From the NCBI GenBank assembly GCA_934177995.1, contig CAKPPW010000003.1:5938-69937 (forward strand): a DNA stretch of 64,000 bases, in the 5' to 3' direction. Made by a program: the position numbers and the translations under genes. Origin of the DNA: an uncultured Bacilli bacterium. GTDB taxonomy: Bacteria; Bacillota_I; Bacilli_A; RF39; UBA660. Of this stretch, positions 18,428-28,901 are shown in pieces; the stretch's first letter is position 1, and the number at the start of each line of letters is the position of its first letter. The notes beneath the pieces were generated by a model that was given only the letters and a program-made list of their open reading frames with translations, was not told where the DNA came from and searched no databases.

Positions 18428-18494
18428 ACAAACGAGTATTTAAAATACTCCTTACCTATTATTTAGGTCTTATGTCCAGAAGGAGGTGGAAATA

Positions 18495-18782
18495 ATGAAC
18501 AAGTATGAAATTATGTTTATTGTAAAACCAGATTTAGAGGAAGCTTCTATTAAAAATGAAGCTGAAAGTCTAAAAAAGGTTTTAACAAACTTAGAAGCTA
18601 AAATCGTTGAAGAAAAAGCTATGGGACAAAGAGAATTAGCATATGAAATAAAGAAATATAAAAATGGATATTATTTCTTATTCGTAGTAGAAGGTTCTCA
18701 TGAAGCTATTAAAGAATTTGATCGTTTAGCTGGAATCAATGAAAACATTTTACGTCATTTAATTATTCGTAAAGAAGACTAG
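18495..18782 (+). CDS. rpsF: 30S ribosomal protein S6
   Basis: [20 protein letters not shown] upstream. The ORF-track start at 18486 lies inside the SD. Confidence 0.93.
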   Translation: MNKYEIMFIVKPDLEEASIKNEAESLKKVLTNLEAKIVEEKAMGQRELAYEIKKYKNGYYFLFVVEGSHEAIKEFDRLAGINENILRHLIIRKED

Positions 18783-18796
18783 AAAAAGAGGTAACT

Positions 18797-19318
18797 ATGA
18801 ATAAAGTAATATTAATAGGTCGATTAACAAGAGACCCTGAGTTACGTTATACTGGTAGTAATACTCCAGTTGCAACTTTCAGTCTTGCTGTAAATCGTTC
18901 ATTTACTAATCAAAATGGCGAAAGAGAAGCAGACTTTATTAACTGTGTAGTTTGGAGAAAACTAGCAGAAACAGTTAAAAATTATTTATCTCAAGGTAGT
19001 CAAGTGGCAGTAGAAGGTAGAATTCAAACTAGAAGCTATGATGATCAAAATGGTCAAAGAAGATATGTTACTGAAGTTGTTGTTGAAAATATAGACTTTG
19101 TTGGTACAAGAAGAGATAATTATCAATCAACTCAACAACCAAGCTTTAATAGTCAACCAGCTCCTGCTAGTTTCAATAATCAACCATCTACACCTGATGC
19201 TACTACTCCTTATGATTTTAGTGCTGCAGCAGCTCCTACAGGTACAAATGTATCTAGTGATCCTTATGCTGAATTTGGCTCTAATATCGAGATAAATGAT
19301 GACGAATTACCATTTTAA
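18797..19318 (+). CDS. ssb: Single-stranded DNA-binding protein
   Basis: [21 protein letters not shown]-fold, Q/P/N-rich linker, acidic tip DDELPF. Confidence 0.95.
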   Translation: MNKVILIGRLTRDPELRYTGSNTPVATFSLAVNRSFTNQNGEREADFINCVVWRKLAETVKNYLSQGSQVAVEGRIQTRSYDDQNGQRRYVTEVVVENIDFVGTRRDNYQSTQQPSFNSQPAPASFNNQPSTPDATTPYDFSAAAAPTGTNVSSDPYAEFGSNIEINDDELPF

Positions 19319-19333
19319 AAAGGAGGTTAAGTT

Positions 19334-19549
19334 ATGGCAGAATTTTATCGTAAGAAGAAAAAAGTATGCTTAATGTGTCAAGGAAAAACTTTTGATTATA
19401 AAGATGTTGATATTTTAAGAAAATACATTAACGAAAGAGGAAAAATATTACCTCGTCGTGTTACAGGTGCTTGTGCAAAACATCAACGTGTTATAGCTAA
19501 TGAAATTAAAAGAGCACGTGCAATTGCATTATTACCATTTACAAAATAA
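19334..19549 (+). CDS. rpsR: 30S ribosomal protein S18
   Basis: [25 protein letters not shown]...KHQR. Confidence 0.95.
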   Translation: MAEFYRKKKKVCLMCQGKTFDYKDVDILRKYINERGKILPRRVTGACAKHQRVIANEIKRARAIALLPFTK

Positions 19550-19555
19550 TATTTT

Positions 19556-19584
19556 AAAGTTGGGACTTTTGGTTTCAACTTTTT
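19556..19584 (+). terminator. Candidate terminator after rpsR
   Basis: aaagttg(gg)...(tt)caacttt stem followed by Ts. The stem is A/T-rich. Confidence 0.45.
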
Positions 19585-19703
19585 ATGTTGAAAATGATAT
19601 TAATCTTATGAAGATAGTTTGCTTTTTAATGTTAAAAATGATATATTATAACTGTAATTTATTAAGAAGAATTAACATCTTCTTTTTTTAAAATTGAATA
19701 GAG

Positions 19704-20702
19704 GTGGTTGTTTTGAAAATTGGTGAAAAGAAAAAAGAATTAAAGAAATTAATTCGTGGTGCCAAGACTATTTTTATAATGGCTCATAAGAATTTAGATT
19801 TAGATGCTTTAGGTAGTTCTATAGGATTATATTCAATTTTAGAGAAGCAAAGAAAGAATTGCTATTTAGTAATAAATGATAAAGAACATGAGTTAGGTGT
19901 TGAAAAAGTATTAAGGGAATTAGATGGTTGTCTACAAATAGTTACCGGAAAAGAAGTAGAAGATAACTTGTATTTACGTAATAAACGTAATCTTTTATTT
20001 ATACTAGACACTAATAAGAAAGAATTAGTTCAAGATAATGCTATCATATCCCTATTTGATGAAGATAAAGTAGTGATTTTAGATCACCATGAATTGGGTG
20101 AAACATCAATTTCTTGTCCTAATAGAATAATTGATAATACTGCTTCTAGTACTTGTGAGATGATAACAAACTTAATAGAAGCTTATAATTCACCAATAGA
20201 TCCATACTATGCAACTCTAATATTATCTGGAATAGTTTTAGATACTAATAATTTTACTCTTAAAACTAATAGTGAAACATATTATAGTGCTTATTACTTA
20301 TCTTGTATGGGAGCTAGTACTACTAAAGTTCAATATCTATTAAAACAAGACTTAAAAGATTATATGGAACGTCAAAAATTAATTACTAATGTAGAGATAA
20401 TTAATGATAAAATAGCAATTGCAAAGGGAAGTAGTTATTCTATTTATAGAAGAGAAGACTTAGCTAAGATAGCTGATACCTTACTTTTCTTTAATGATAT
20501 AGAATTATCTTTTGTAATTGCTAAGACAGCTAATAATGTTACCTCTATCAGTGGACGTAGTATTGGTAAAAAAAGTATCGCTAATATATTGTCTAGAATT
20601 GGTGGAGGAGGAGATAAAATGGGAGGAGCTGCTCAGTTTGAAAATGTTCCAATCAGTAAAGTCTCTGAAAAATTAAATCAAGCTATTAAGGAGGAAGAAT
20701 AA
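19704..20702 (+). CDS. Stand-alone DHH/DHHA1 phosphoesterase (GdpP-like catalytic module only)
   Basis: DHH motifs [29 protein letters not shown], and a DHHA1 glycine motif [12 protein letters not shown]. It sits between rpsR and rplI, where B. subtilis has gdpP. The true start may be TTG at 19713. Confidence 0.75.
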   Translation: MVVLKIGEKKKELKKLIRGAKTIFIMAHKNLDLDALGSSIGLYSILEKQRKNCYLVINDKEHELGVEKVLRELDGCLQIVTGKEVEDNLYLRNKRNLLFILDTNKKELVQDNAIISLFDEDKVVILDHHELGETSISCPNRIIDNTASSTCEMITNLIEAYNSPIDPYYATLILSGIVLDTNNFTLKTNSETYYSAYYLSCMGASTTKVQYLLKQDLKDYMERQKLITNVEIINDKIAIAKGSSYSIYRREDLAKIADTLLFFNDIELSFVIAKTANNVTSISGRSIGKKSIANILSRIGGGGDKMGGAAQFENVPISKVSEKLNQAIKEEE

Positions 20703-21142
20703 TGAGAGTAATTTTTCGTCAAGATGTAAAAGGGGTAGGAAAGAAAGATGAAATTAAAGAAGTAAAAGATGGTTATGCTATTAATTTTCTAATTAAAAAG
20801 AATCTTGCTGTAGTAGCTAATAAAGAAAACTTAGACAACTTAAAGAAAGAACAAACACTAAGAAAAGAAAATCATGATAAAGCTAAGAAAGAAGCAATGG
20901 AAGAAAAAGCTAAATTAGAAAAATTAGTTTTAACCTTTAAAGTAAAAACTGGTGAAGGCGACCGTGTTTTTGGAAGTGTTAGTCAAAAACAAATAAAAGA
21001 AGAATTAAAGAATAATGGATACAATATAGATAAAAACCAAATTAAATTACAAGATTCACTATCATCTTTAGGTTTTCATAAGATAGAAATAGAATTATAT
21101 AAAGAAGTTAGTGCTATAGTAAAAGTTCATTTAGTAAAGTAG
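20702..21142 (+). CDS. rplI: 50S ribosomal protein L9
   Basis: [31 protein letters not shown]. Confidence 0.95.
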   Translation: MRVIFRQDVKGVGKKDEIKEVKDGYAINFLIKKNLAVVANKENLDNLKKEQTLRKENHDKAKKEAMEEKAKLEKLVLTFKVKTGEGDRVFGSVSQKQIKEELKNNGYNIDKNQIKLQDSLSSLGFHKIEIELYKEVSAIVKVHLVK

Positions 21143-21160
21143 AAGTAAAGGAGGAAGTTT

Positions 21161-22507
21161 ATGGCCTTAAGAGAATTACCACATAATAAAGAAGCTGAAA
21201 TGAGTGTATTAGGTTCTTGTTTTTTATCAACAGATGCAGCTACACTTGCTCTAGAAAATTTATCAGAATCTAGTTTTTTTGATACTAGAAATGCCAAAAT
21301 CTTTAAGGCTTTTCAAAACTTACATGAAGAAAAAACTCCTTTAGATTTAACAACAGTTACAACAGAACTTACTAGAATGAATGCTTTAACAGATGCCGGT
21401 GGCGTTTCTTATTTAACAGAAATAATTGAGTTTGTGCCTACTGCCAGTAATATAGATTATTATATCAAAGAAGTAGATAAAACAGCTCTTTTACGAGGAT
21501 TAATAGAAACAGCTACTAATATAGTAACATTAGGTTATAATCAAGAAGAAAATGTTAATGATGTTTTAGACCAAGCAGAAAAACAAATACTAAATATTGC
21601 TAAAAATAGAAAAAGTGGAGAGTTTCAAAGTATTCAAGATGTGTTGATAAAAACTCAAGAAGACTTAGAAAAGCTAGCTGAATCCAAAGGAGAAGTAACA
21701 GGTATTGCTACTGGTTGGTATGACTTTGATAAGTTAACAGCAGGTCTTCATGAAAATGAAATGATTATAATAGCTGCTCGTCCTGGTATGGGTAAAACAG
21801 CCTTTGCTCTTAATCTTGCTACTTATGTAACTACACACTCTGATAATACTGTAGCAGTATTCAACTTAGAAATGGGAGCTAGTCAGTTAGCTAATCGTAT
21901 AATATCATCCCTTGGTCAAATAGAAGGTTATAAGATGCGAACAGGTAAACTATTAAATCAAGATTGGAAAAGATTTAATGAAGCGACTACTCAATTATCT
22001 AAAGCTAAACTTTATATAGATGATACACCAGGAATAACTATTGGTGAAATAAGAGCCAAGTGTAGAAGATTAGCAAGTTCTACTGATGGACTTAACCTAG
22101 TAATAATTGACTACTTACAGTTAATTTCTGGAGGGAAAAATTATGGAAGTAATAGACAACAAGAGGTAGCTGATATTTCTCGTAGCTTAAAAACTCTTGC
22201 TATGGAGTTACATATACCAATAATAGCTCTTGCTCAGTTATCTCGTAGTGTTGAAGGAAGAGAAGATAAAAGGCCAATGCTTTCAGATTTACGTGAGTCT
22301 GGTTCTATTGAGCAGGATGCCGACTTAGTAGGATTCCTATATAGAGACGATTACTATAATAAAGAAGCTAAGAAAGATGCAACAAGTATTAGTGAATTTA
22401 TTATTGCTAAGCATAGAAATGGTCCTCAAGCTACTATCCAGTTGTTATTTAAAAAAGATACATCAACCTTTCTTAATATGACTAAAGGACCAGAAGAGGA
22501 GGAATAA
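21161..22507 (+). CDS. dnaB: Replicative DNA helicase (DnaB family; DnaC in B. subtilis nomenclature)
   Basis: LPHNKEAEMSVLGS, Walker A AARPGMGKTAFALN, SGSIEQDAD. Confidence 0.95.
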   Translation: MALRELPHNKEAEMSVLGSCFLSTDAATLALENLSESSFFDTRNAKIFKAFQNLHEEKTPLDLTTVTTELTRMNALTDAGGVSYLTEIIEFVPTASNIDYYIKEVDKTALLRGLIETATNIVTLGYNQEENVNDVLDQAEKQILNIAKNRKSGEFQSIQDVLIKTQEDLEKLAESKGEVTGIATGWYDFDKLTAGLHENEMIIIAARPGMGKTAFALNLATYVTTHSDNTVAVFNLEMGASQLANRIISSLGQIEGYKMRTGKLLNQDWKRFNEATTQLSKAKLYIDDTPGITIGEIRAKCRRLASSTDGLNLVIIDYLQLISGGKNYGSNRQQEVADISRSLKTLAMELHIPIIALAQLSRSVEGREDKRPMLSDLRESGSIEQDADLVGFLYRDDYYNKEAKKDATSISEFIIAKHRNGPQATIQLLFKKDTSTFLNMTKGPEEEE

Positions 22508-22508
22508 A

Positions 22509-24008
22509 ATGGGGAAAAAGATATTAGTTATAAGTTTTGCACTAGTTATAAGTTTCTTATTAGTTTTCTTTTGTCCTACATCTAAAGCAAAAGAGCCACA
22601 AGAAGTATATAGAGTTTATCTAAAAGGAAAATCACTAGGATTAATCGAAGATAAAGAAGATTTAGAGCAATACGTAGATAAAGAACAAGAAAAGATTAAA
22701 AAGAAATATAAAGTAGATAAGGTTTATGCTCCGGAAGACTTAAAAATAGAAAAGGAAATAACTTATCAAGAAAAGATTTCTACTACTAAACAAATATATG
22801 ATAAATTAGCAGATTTAGAATCATTTACAATAAATGGTTATGCTATTAAGATTAAAGGGATAGATACAGTTAATGAACAAGGAGAAAAAGTAAAAGGAGT
22901 AGACCAGACAATTTATGTTTTAGATAAAGATGTTTTTACAAAGGCTATGGATAAAACTATTAGATCATTTGTTAATAATGATGATTATGAAAAATATCTA
23001 AACAATAAACAAAAAGAAATTAAAGATACAGGTACTATAATAGAAAATGTTTATATAGATAATAAAATATCAGTTAAGAATACTAAAGTACCTGTTGATA
23101 AGACAATTTATGAAAACGTTGATGATTTAAGTAAGTATTTATTATTTGGTACTTTAGATGAATATCAAAAGTATACTGTTCAAGATGGAGATACTATTAC
23201 TGATATAGCTTTTAATAATAAACTATCTGATAAGGAATTTTTAATTGCAAACCCATCATTTAAAGATGAAAATAGTTTATTGTTTACTGGGCAACAAGTA
23301 ACTATTAATATTATTAAGCCACAATTTAGATTAGTAGAAGTTGATCATACAGTTTTTGATCAAGAGATAAAATACGATACAGAAGTTAAGTATGATGAAA
23401 ATAAGATGGCTGGAACGGAAGAAGTTACTCAAAAAGGAGAAAATGGTCTTCAAAGAGTTACTAGTAAGATACAAAAAGTTAATGGGCAAATAGAAAGCTC
23501 TGTAATTAATGAAAGTGCTACTGAAAGACTAAAAGAACCAGTTAAAGAAATAATAGTCAAAGGTAAAAAACAAAATTCTTATTCATCTGGCATAGATATA
23601 ACAGGTACAACTAAAGTAGAGGGTTATTGGAAGTGGCCTACAGCAACACCATATACTATTAATAGTCCTTATGGTTATCGTTGGGGAGTATTACATGATG
23701 GAGTAGATATAGGTGGTGGATATGGTTCACCTATTTATGCAGCTAATAATGGAGTAGTAGTACAATCTAGTTCTAAATATGATAATGGTCAATTTGTAGT
23801 AATTAATCATAATAACGGTTATTATACAATGTATGCTCATTTATCAGCACGATATGTAAAAGTAGGACAAAATGTTTCTATTGGTCAACAAATTGGAGCA
23901 ATGGGAAAAAGTGGTTTTGCAACAGGAACACATTTACACTTTGGACTTTTCAGGGGATTTCCTTACCGAAGAGGATCAACATCATTACAACCACTTAGTT
24001 TATTCTAA
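22509..24008 (+). CDS. Secreted/membrane-anchored M23 metalloendopeptidase with LysM and G5 domains
   Basis: N-terminal hydrophobic segment; LysM-like YTVQDGDTITDIAF; G5-like block VTQKGENGLQRV...IIVKG; M23 motifs HDGVDIG and THLHFG. Confidence 0.85.
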   Translation: MGKKILVISFALVISFLLVFFCPTSKAKEPQEVYRVYLKGKSLGLIEDKEDLEQYVDKEQEKIKKKYKVDKVYAPEDLKIEKEITYQEKISTTKQIYDKLADLESFTINGYAIKIKGIDTVNEQGEKVKGVDQTIYVLDKDVFTKAMDKTIRSFVNNDDYEKYLNNKQKEIKDTGTIIENVYIDNKISVKNTKVPVDKTIYENVDDLSKYLLFGTLDEYQKYTVQDGDTITDIAFNNKLSDKEFLIANPSFKDENSLLFTGQQVTINIIKPQFRLVEVDHTVFDQEIKYDTEVKYDENKMAGTEEVTQKGENGLQRVTSKIQKVNGQIESSVINESATERLKEPVKEIIVKGKKQNSYSSGIDITGTTKVEGYWKWPTATPYTINSPYGYRWGVLHDGVDIGGGYGSPIYAANNGVVVQSSSKYDNGQFVVINHNNGYYTMYAHLSARYVKVGQNVSIGQQIGAMGKSGFATGTHLHFGLFRGFPYRRGSTSLQPLSLF

Positions 24009-24760
24009 TGAAAATAATAACACTAGCGAGTGGTTCCAAAGGAAATACTTCTTATATAGAAGTAGGAAATACTCGCTTTCTTATTGATATAGGAATTACT
24101 TATAGACATTTATTAGAAAGATTAGAAGAGATTGGTAAAAGTATTGATGATATAGATGCTCTACTTATTACGCATACTCACTCTGACCATATCAAAGGAT
24201 TAAAAGTTTTTGTAAAGCATAATAATGTACCAGTTTATATAAGAGAAGAAATGTATAAAGAATTAAAAGAAATATTACCTAAAGAGAAGATAGAATTATA
24301 TAGTGATAAAATGCATCTTAAGGATGTAACTATAGATTTAGTGCATACATCACATGATGCTCCTGGTTCGGTTGGATTTTTAATAAACAATAGCTTGGTT
24401 TATATTACTGATACGGGTTATATTAATGAAAAGTATTATGATTTATTATCTAATAGAGAGATATACTATATAGAAAGTAATCATGATGAACAGATGCTTT
24501 TGACAGGACCTTATCCCCATTACTTAAAACAAAGAATATTAAGTGATAAAGGACATCTATCTAATGGAGCGACGGCTAGTTATTTAGAAAAGTTTATTGG
24601 TTCTAATACTAAGTATATTATTTTAGCTCATATAAGTGAGACAAATAATACTAAAGAGTTGGCATTAGAGACTACTAAAGAAGCATTAGCAAATACAACT
24701 TATAGTCCTAAAATAGTAGTGGCATCACAAGAAGAGTTAGGAGAGGTAGTGGAAGTTTAA
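24008..24760 (+). CDS. MBL-fold metallo-hydrolase, YycJ/WalJ-like
   Basis: THTHSDHIKG motif. The position before rlmH matches B. subtilis walJ...rlmH. Confidence 0.8.
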   Translation: MKIITLASGSKGNTSYIEVGNTRFLIDIGITYRHLLERLEEIGKSIDDIDALLITHTHSDHIKGLKVFVKHNNVPVYIREEMYKELKEILPKEKIELYSDKMHLKDVTIDLVHTSHDAPGSVGFLINNSLVYITDTGYINEKYYDLLSNREIYYIESNHDEQMLLTGPYPHYLKQRILSDKGHLSNGATASYLEKFIGSNTKYIILAHISETNNTKELALETTKEALANTTYSPKIVVASQEELGEVVEV

Positions 24761-25215
24761 TGATAAAGTTAATTGTTGTTGGAAAAGTAAAAGAAAAATA
24801 CTTTACTGATGCTATTAAAGAATATGCAAAAAGATTAAGTAAATATACAAAACTAAATATTATAGAAGTAGCAGATTGTGGAATTGAGGAAATAGAGAAA
24901 TCATTAAAGATAGAAAAAGAAGCGATAATGAAACATCTTACTCTTAAAGACTATATTATTTTACTAGATGTTAAGGGAAAAGAAATGACATCAATAGAGA
25001 TGGCTAACTTATTAGCAGAAAGAGAAATGAATAATAGTAATATAACATTTATTATTGGTGGTAGTAATGGCTTTCATGAAGATATTTATTCACTAGCTAA
25101 AGAAAGATGGTCTTTTTCTAAGTTAACATTTCCTCATCAACTATTTAGGGTAATGTTTTTAGAACAACTATATCGGACATATAAAATAAGAAATAATGAA
25201 AAATATCATAAGTAG
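24760..25215 (+). CDS. rlmH: 23S rRNA (pseudouridine1915-N3)-methyltransferase RlmH
   Basis: 151-aa SPOUT protein, FIIGGSNG...LSFSKLTFPHQL. Confidence 0.9.
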   Translation: MIKLIVVGKVKEKYFTDAIKEYAKRLSKYTKLNIIEVADCGIEEIEKSLKIEKEAIMKHLTLKDYIILLDVKGKEMTSIEMANLLAEREMNNSNITFIIGGSNGFHEDIYSLAKERWSFSKLTFPHQLFRVMFLEQLYRTYKIRNNEKYHK

Positions 25216-25226
25216 AGGTGAATATA

Positions 25227-25898
25227 ATGATAGGTAATGATTGGGATGAACATTTAAAGAATGAGTATGAAAAACCATATTTTCAAGAATTATTAAAATT
25301 TGTTGATGCCGAATATCATCAAAAAGAAATATATCCAAAGAAGAATGAAATATTTAATGCTTTTAGAAATACATCTTATAAAGATACAAAAGTAGTAATC
25401 TTAGGGCAAGACCCTTATCATGGAGTTAATCAAGCACAAGGACTTTCTTTCTCAGTAAGAGATGGACTAAGGAAACCGCCAAGTTTAGTTAATATCTTTA
25501 AAGAGCTAGAAAGTGACTTAGGAATACCTTTTCCAGAAAAAAATAGTTTACTACCTTGGGCTAGCGAAGGAGTATTACTATTAAACAGTGTTTTAACTGT
25601 TGAGAAAGATAAAGCAGCATCACATAGTCATCGAGGTTGGGAAGAGTTTACGGATAAAGTTATTGAAGAGGTAAATAAAAAAGAAGAACCAGTTGTCTTC
25701 ATTTTCTGGGGCAATTATGCGAGAGCAAAAAAAGTATTGGTAACTAATCCTAAACATTTAGTTCTAGAATCTGCTCATCCATCACCATTTTCTGCATATA
25801 ATGGTTTCTTTGGTAGTAGACCATTTTCTAAGACTAATGAATTTTTAGTAGCTAATGGAATAAAACCAATAGATTGGAACATAGAAAAAGACCTTTAG
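25227..25898 (+). CDS. ung: Uracil-DNA glycosylase
   Basis: VVILGQDPYHG, HPSPFSA. ATG at 25227 with GAGGTG upstream; the ORF track starts at 25218. Confidence 0.93.
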   Translation: MIGNDWDEHLKNEYEKPYFQELLKFVDAEYHQKEIYPKKNEIFNAFRNTSYKDTKVVILGQDPYHGVNQAQGLSFSVRDGLRKPPSLVNIFKELESDLGIPFPEKNSLLPWASEGVLLLNSVLTVEKDKAASHSHRGWEEFTDKVIEEVNKKEEPVVFIFWGNYARAKKVLVTNPKHLVLESAHPSPFSAYNGFFGSRPFSKTNEFLVANGIKPIDWNIEKDL

Positions 25899-25900
25899 GT

Positions 25901-26416
25901 CTACTTAGAGAGAATTGCAAAAGATTCTCTTTTTTCTATCTTATAAATATCTAACTCTTTAAAATGAGAAAATAAACTTACAATATTACTAGGAAATTTA
26001 TGAATATAGTTATTAATTTCTACAGCATTATCATTATAATATTTTAGACTTCCTTTTAAGTCACATTCATTATCATCAAATCGTCCTATTAAATTATTAA
26101 GCCTTTTATTAGATTCATATTCTTCAGCATCAGCTTCTTTTAATAGCTTGTTACCAAGTGAACTTAACTCAATATAACATTGATGTTTACTTATCTCTTT
26201 TTTCTTAAACTCTTCTAATTCTTTTTCCATATCTTTATCAATAATTTTAGCAATCTTTAAAAGTATTTCTATTTTCTTTTCAAGGATTAATTCAATATTG
26301 TTATCAGCTTCTTCTACTTTTAGAAAGTAAAAATTAAACTTATTTTTATAATATAGGAAGTTTATTACCAATAACAAAATAACTAAAAATACTAATCCTA
26401 TTATTAAATATATCAT
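25901..26416 (-). CDS. LemA-family membrane protein
   Basis: N-terminal TM helix, and a C-terminal YYNDNAVEINNYIHKFPSNIV resembling the LemA YN..v..YN....FP.n.va motif. Confidence 0.55.
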   Translation of the reverse strand: MIYLIIGLVFLVILLLVINFLYYKNKFNFYFLKVEEADNNIELILEKKIEILLKIAKIIDKDMEKELEEFKKKEISKHQCYIELSSLGNKLLKEADAEEYESNKRLNNLIGRFDDNECDLKGSLKYYNDNAVEINNYIHKFPSNIVSLFSHFKELDIYKIEKRESFAILSK

Positions 26417-26473
26417 CTTATCACATCCTAAATGGATTATATCAAAGAAAAAAGAAGATTACAATTGTCTTCC

Positions 26474-28435
26474 TTAAGTTTCTTTATTATCCGTTAATAA
26501 TTCGTCAAAGACAGGGTCCGTCATTGTAGGTTCAGTTCCTTTAATATAATACATCATCTTAGTTTTAGTATCATTTTCTGTAGCAGGTTTTCCAGTGATA
26601 GGATTTACTAAGACACCTACAACATTATCTTTAGGTTTGTACCAATTATCTTCTTTTCCTTGCATGTAGTCTTCAATCGATTTAATCCAGATGTTTTGAG
26701 CATACTTATATTCTTTTGGCTCTAAATCTCTATTATCATCATAACCACACCATACTAGAGCGACTACGTCTTTATTGTAACCGATATACCAGTTATCAGT
26801 ATTAGTAGTACCACTTTTTAAAGCATAAGTATGAGTCATTTTTGATGCTAGATTAATAGCTGTAGGGTAGTTATAATCAATAAAAGCAGAATCATAAGTA
26901 GCAGTTAGTAAGTTGCTTAGAATAAAAGTTAGACTAGAGTTTAAAACTAATTCCTTTTTATTATCAGCTTCATATAAAATATTACCTTCTTGGTCTACTA
27001 CTTTTTCAATGAAATGAGGCTTTATCTTATAACCTTCATTAGCAAAAGTAGCATAACCACCAGCCATTTCTAGCATTGATATTTCACTAGTACCAAGAGC
27101 AAGAGATGGGACTTTATCAAGTTTAGAAGTAATTCCTACTCTTCTAGCCATGTTAATTAATGTATCTTCACCTAAGAATAAGTGTGTTTTAACAGCATAT
27201 ATATTTTCTGAATAAGAAATAGCAGTAGCCATAGATATAGGTTTATTTCCATACTTTTCATTATAGTTTTTAGGAGAGTAAGTATCTTTATTGGAAAAAG
27301 TAAAAGTTGTTTGTTCACTAGTAAAGGTAGTAGATGCAGTAAAACCATTTTCTAAAGCTGCATAGTAGAGGAAAGGTTTCATAGTAGAACCTACTTGTCT
27401 TTTAGCAGATATAGCTCTATTATATTCAGATTTATTATAGTCTTTTCCTCCGACTAGTGCTTTTACTCCACCTGTATTAGGGTCCATTAAGACAGCGGCT
27501 GTTTCTAATTCGTTATCTTTTAATACCTCTTTTACGTTAGCTTCTAACTCTTTTTGACTCTTAAGATTAAGACTAGTATAGATTTTTAATCCCCCAGTTT
27601 CTAAAAAAGTACTAGGAATTTCTTTAAGAGACTTTAACTCATTCATAACTGCATCTTGATAATACATTACAGTAGATAACTCTTCTTTTTCTTTTTCTCC
27701 AACAAAAGTTAAATTTTCTTTAACAGCTTCATTATATTCATCAGTGGTTATTTTCTTTTCCTTTAATAAGTTTTTTAAGATTAATTCTTGTCTAGCTTTA
27801 GCCTTTTTATAATTAACTAATGGTGAATAATTACTAGGAGATTTAGGAATACCTGTTAAAATAGCTGCTTCGGCAAGGTCTAAGTCTTTAGCTTTCTTTC
27901 CAAAATAAAACTGACTAGCATTTTCTATTCCATACATACCATGACCATAATTAATTGTATTTAAATAGCCTTCTAATATATCTTTCTTTTTATAATGTGA
28001 TTCTATCTCGATAGTGTACCACATCTCATCCCATTTTCTTTTCCAGGTCTTAGAAAAGTCTAGAAATAAGTTTTTAGCATACTGTTGGGTTATTGTACTA
28101 GCACCTTGACTTCTATTTCTAGATAAAATATTAACGTACATAGCCTTCATAATTCTTAAATAGTCAAAACCTTTATGACGATAGAAATTTTTATCTTCAG
28201 TAGCAATTGTTGTTTTAACCACTTTATCAGAAATGTTATCAAGACTTACCCATTTACTATCGCCACTACCTTGAAAGAAAAGTTCATTATTTTCATCAAA
28301 AAGCATAAACTTATTAGCACTTTTGATTTGTAGTTTCGGTGATAAATAAGCATATGAGTAAGCACAAACATTAAAAATAATAAATAATAAAATAAGAAGT
28401 ATACTAAATTTAGTAAGTTTTTTTATAAATTTCAT
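26474..28435 (-). CDS. Bifunctional class A penicillin-binding protein (glycosyltransferase/transpeptidase)
   Basis: GT51 motif ATEDKNFYRHKGFD and RKWDE; transpeptidase STMKP, SEN, KSGTT. Confidence 0.92.
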   Translation of the reverse strand: MKFIKKLTKFSILLILLFIIFNVCAYSYAYLSPKLQIKSANKFMLFDENNELFFQGSGDSKWVSLDNISDKVVKTTIATEDKNFYRHKGFDYLRIMKAMYVNILSRNRSQGASTITQQYAKNLFLDFSKTWKRKWDEMWYTIEIESHYKKKDILEGYLNTINYGHGMYGIENASQFYFGKKAKDLDLAEAAILTGIPKSPSNYSPLVNYKKAKARQELILKNLLKEKKITTDEYNEAVKENLTFVGEKEKEELSTVMYYQDAVMNELKSLKEIPSTFLETGGLKIYTSLNLKSQKELEANVKEVLKDNELETAAVLMDPNTGGVKALVGGKDYNKSEYNRAISAKRQVGSTMKPFLYYAALENGFTASTTFTSEQTTFTFSNKDTYSPKNYNEKYGNKPISMATAISYSENIYAVKTHLFLGEDTLINMARRVGITSKLDKVPSLALGTSEISMLEMAGGYATFANEGYKIKPHFIEKVVDQEGNILYEADNKKELVLNSSLTFILSNLLTATYDSAFIDYNYPTAINLASKMTHTYALKSGTTNTDNWYIGYNKDVVALVWCGYDDNRDLEPKEYKYAQNIWIKSIEDYMQGKEDNWYKPKDNVVGVLVNPITGKPATENDTKTKMMYYIKGTEPTMTDPVFDELLTDNKET

Positions 28436-28540
28436 TTAAATCACCTACATTTAGCTTGTCCAATCTCTTTAAAAATAACAATAATCTTGTAAGAAATTTA
28501 ATTCGTTGCTATAATATTACCTGAATGAAAGGGAAATAAT

Positions 28541-28900
28541 ATGGAAGAAGTTAAAGTAATTGCTAAGTTAAGAACTAATGATGATGTTTTAACCTATGAA
28601 GGAAAAGCTGATTTTGATAAGAAAAAACAAGTAATTCAGTATCAAGATGAACATGCATTATTGACAATATATTTAAAAGATAAAATATTACTAAGAGAGA
28701 CAGATGACGCTATTCTTAGTTATAAATTTTTAGAGAATGTAGATAATTCCTTTGAGATATATCTTAAAGATACAAAGCAATGTGGAACAGTAGGAATGAA
28801 GACTAAACAAATAAAAGAGGGAGTTAATTCCTTTTTAGTGATATATAGAATTGATGGGAATGATTTTGACCATGAATATAGTATAGAGTGGGAGGTTTAA
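28541..28900 (+). CDS. DUF1934 (YwiB-like) protein
   Basis: 119-aa protein immediately upstream of and coupled to argS, as is typical for this family in Firmicutes. The call is mainly by context. Confidence 0.5.
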   Translation: MEEVKVIAKLRTNDDVLTYEGKADFDKKKQVIQYQDEHALLTIYLKDKILLRETDDAILSYKFLENVDNSFEIYLKDTKQCGTVGMKTKQIKEGVNSFLVIYRIDGNDFDHEYSIEWEV

Positions 28901-28901
28901 T

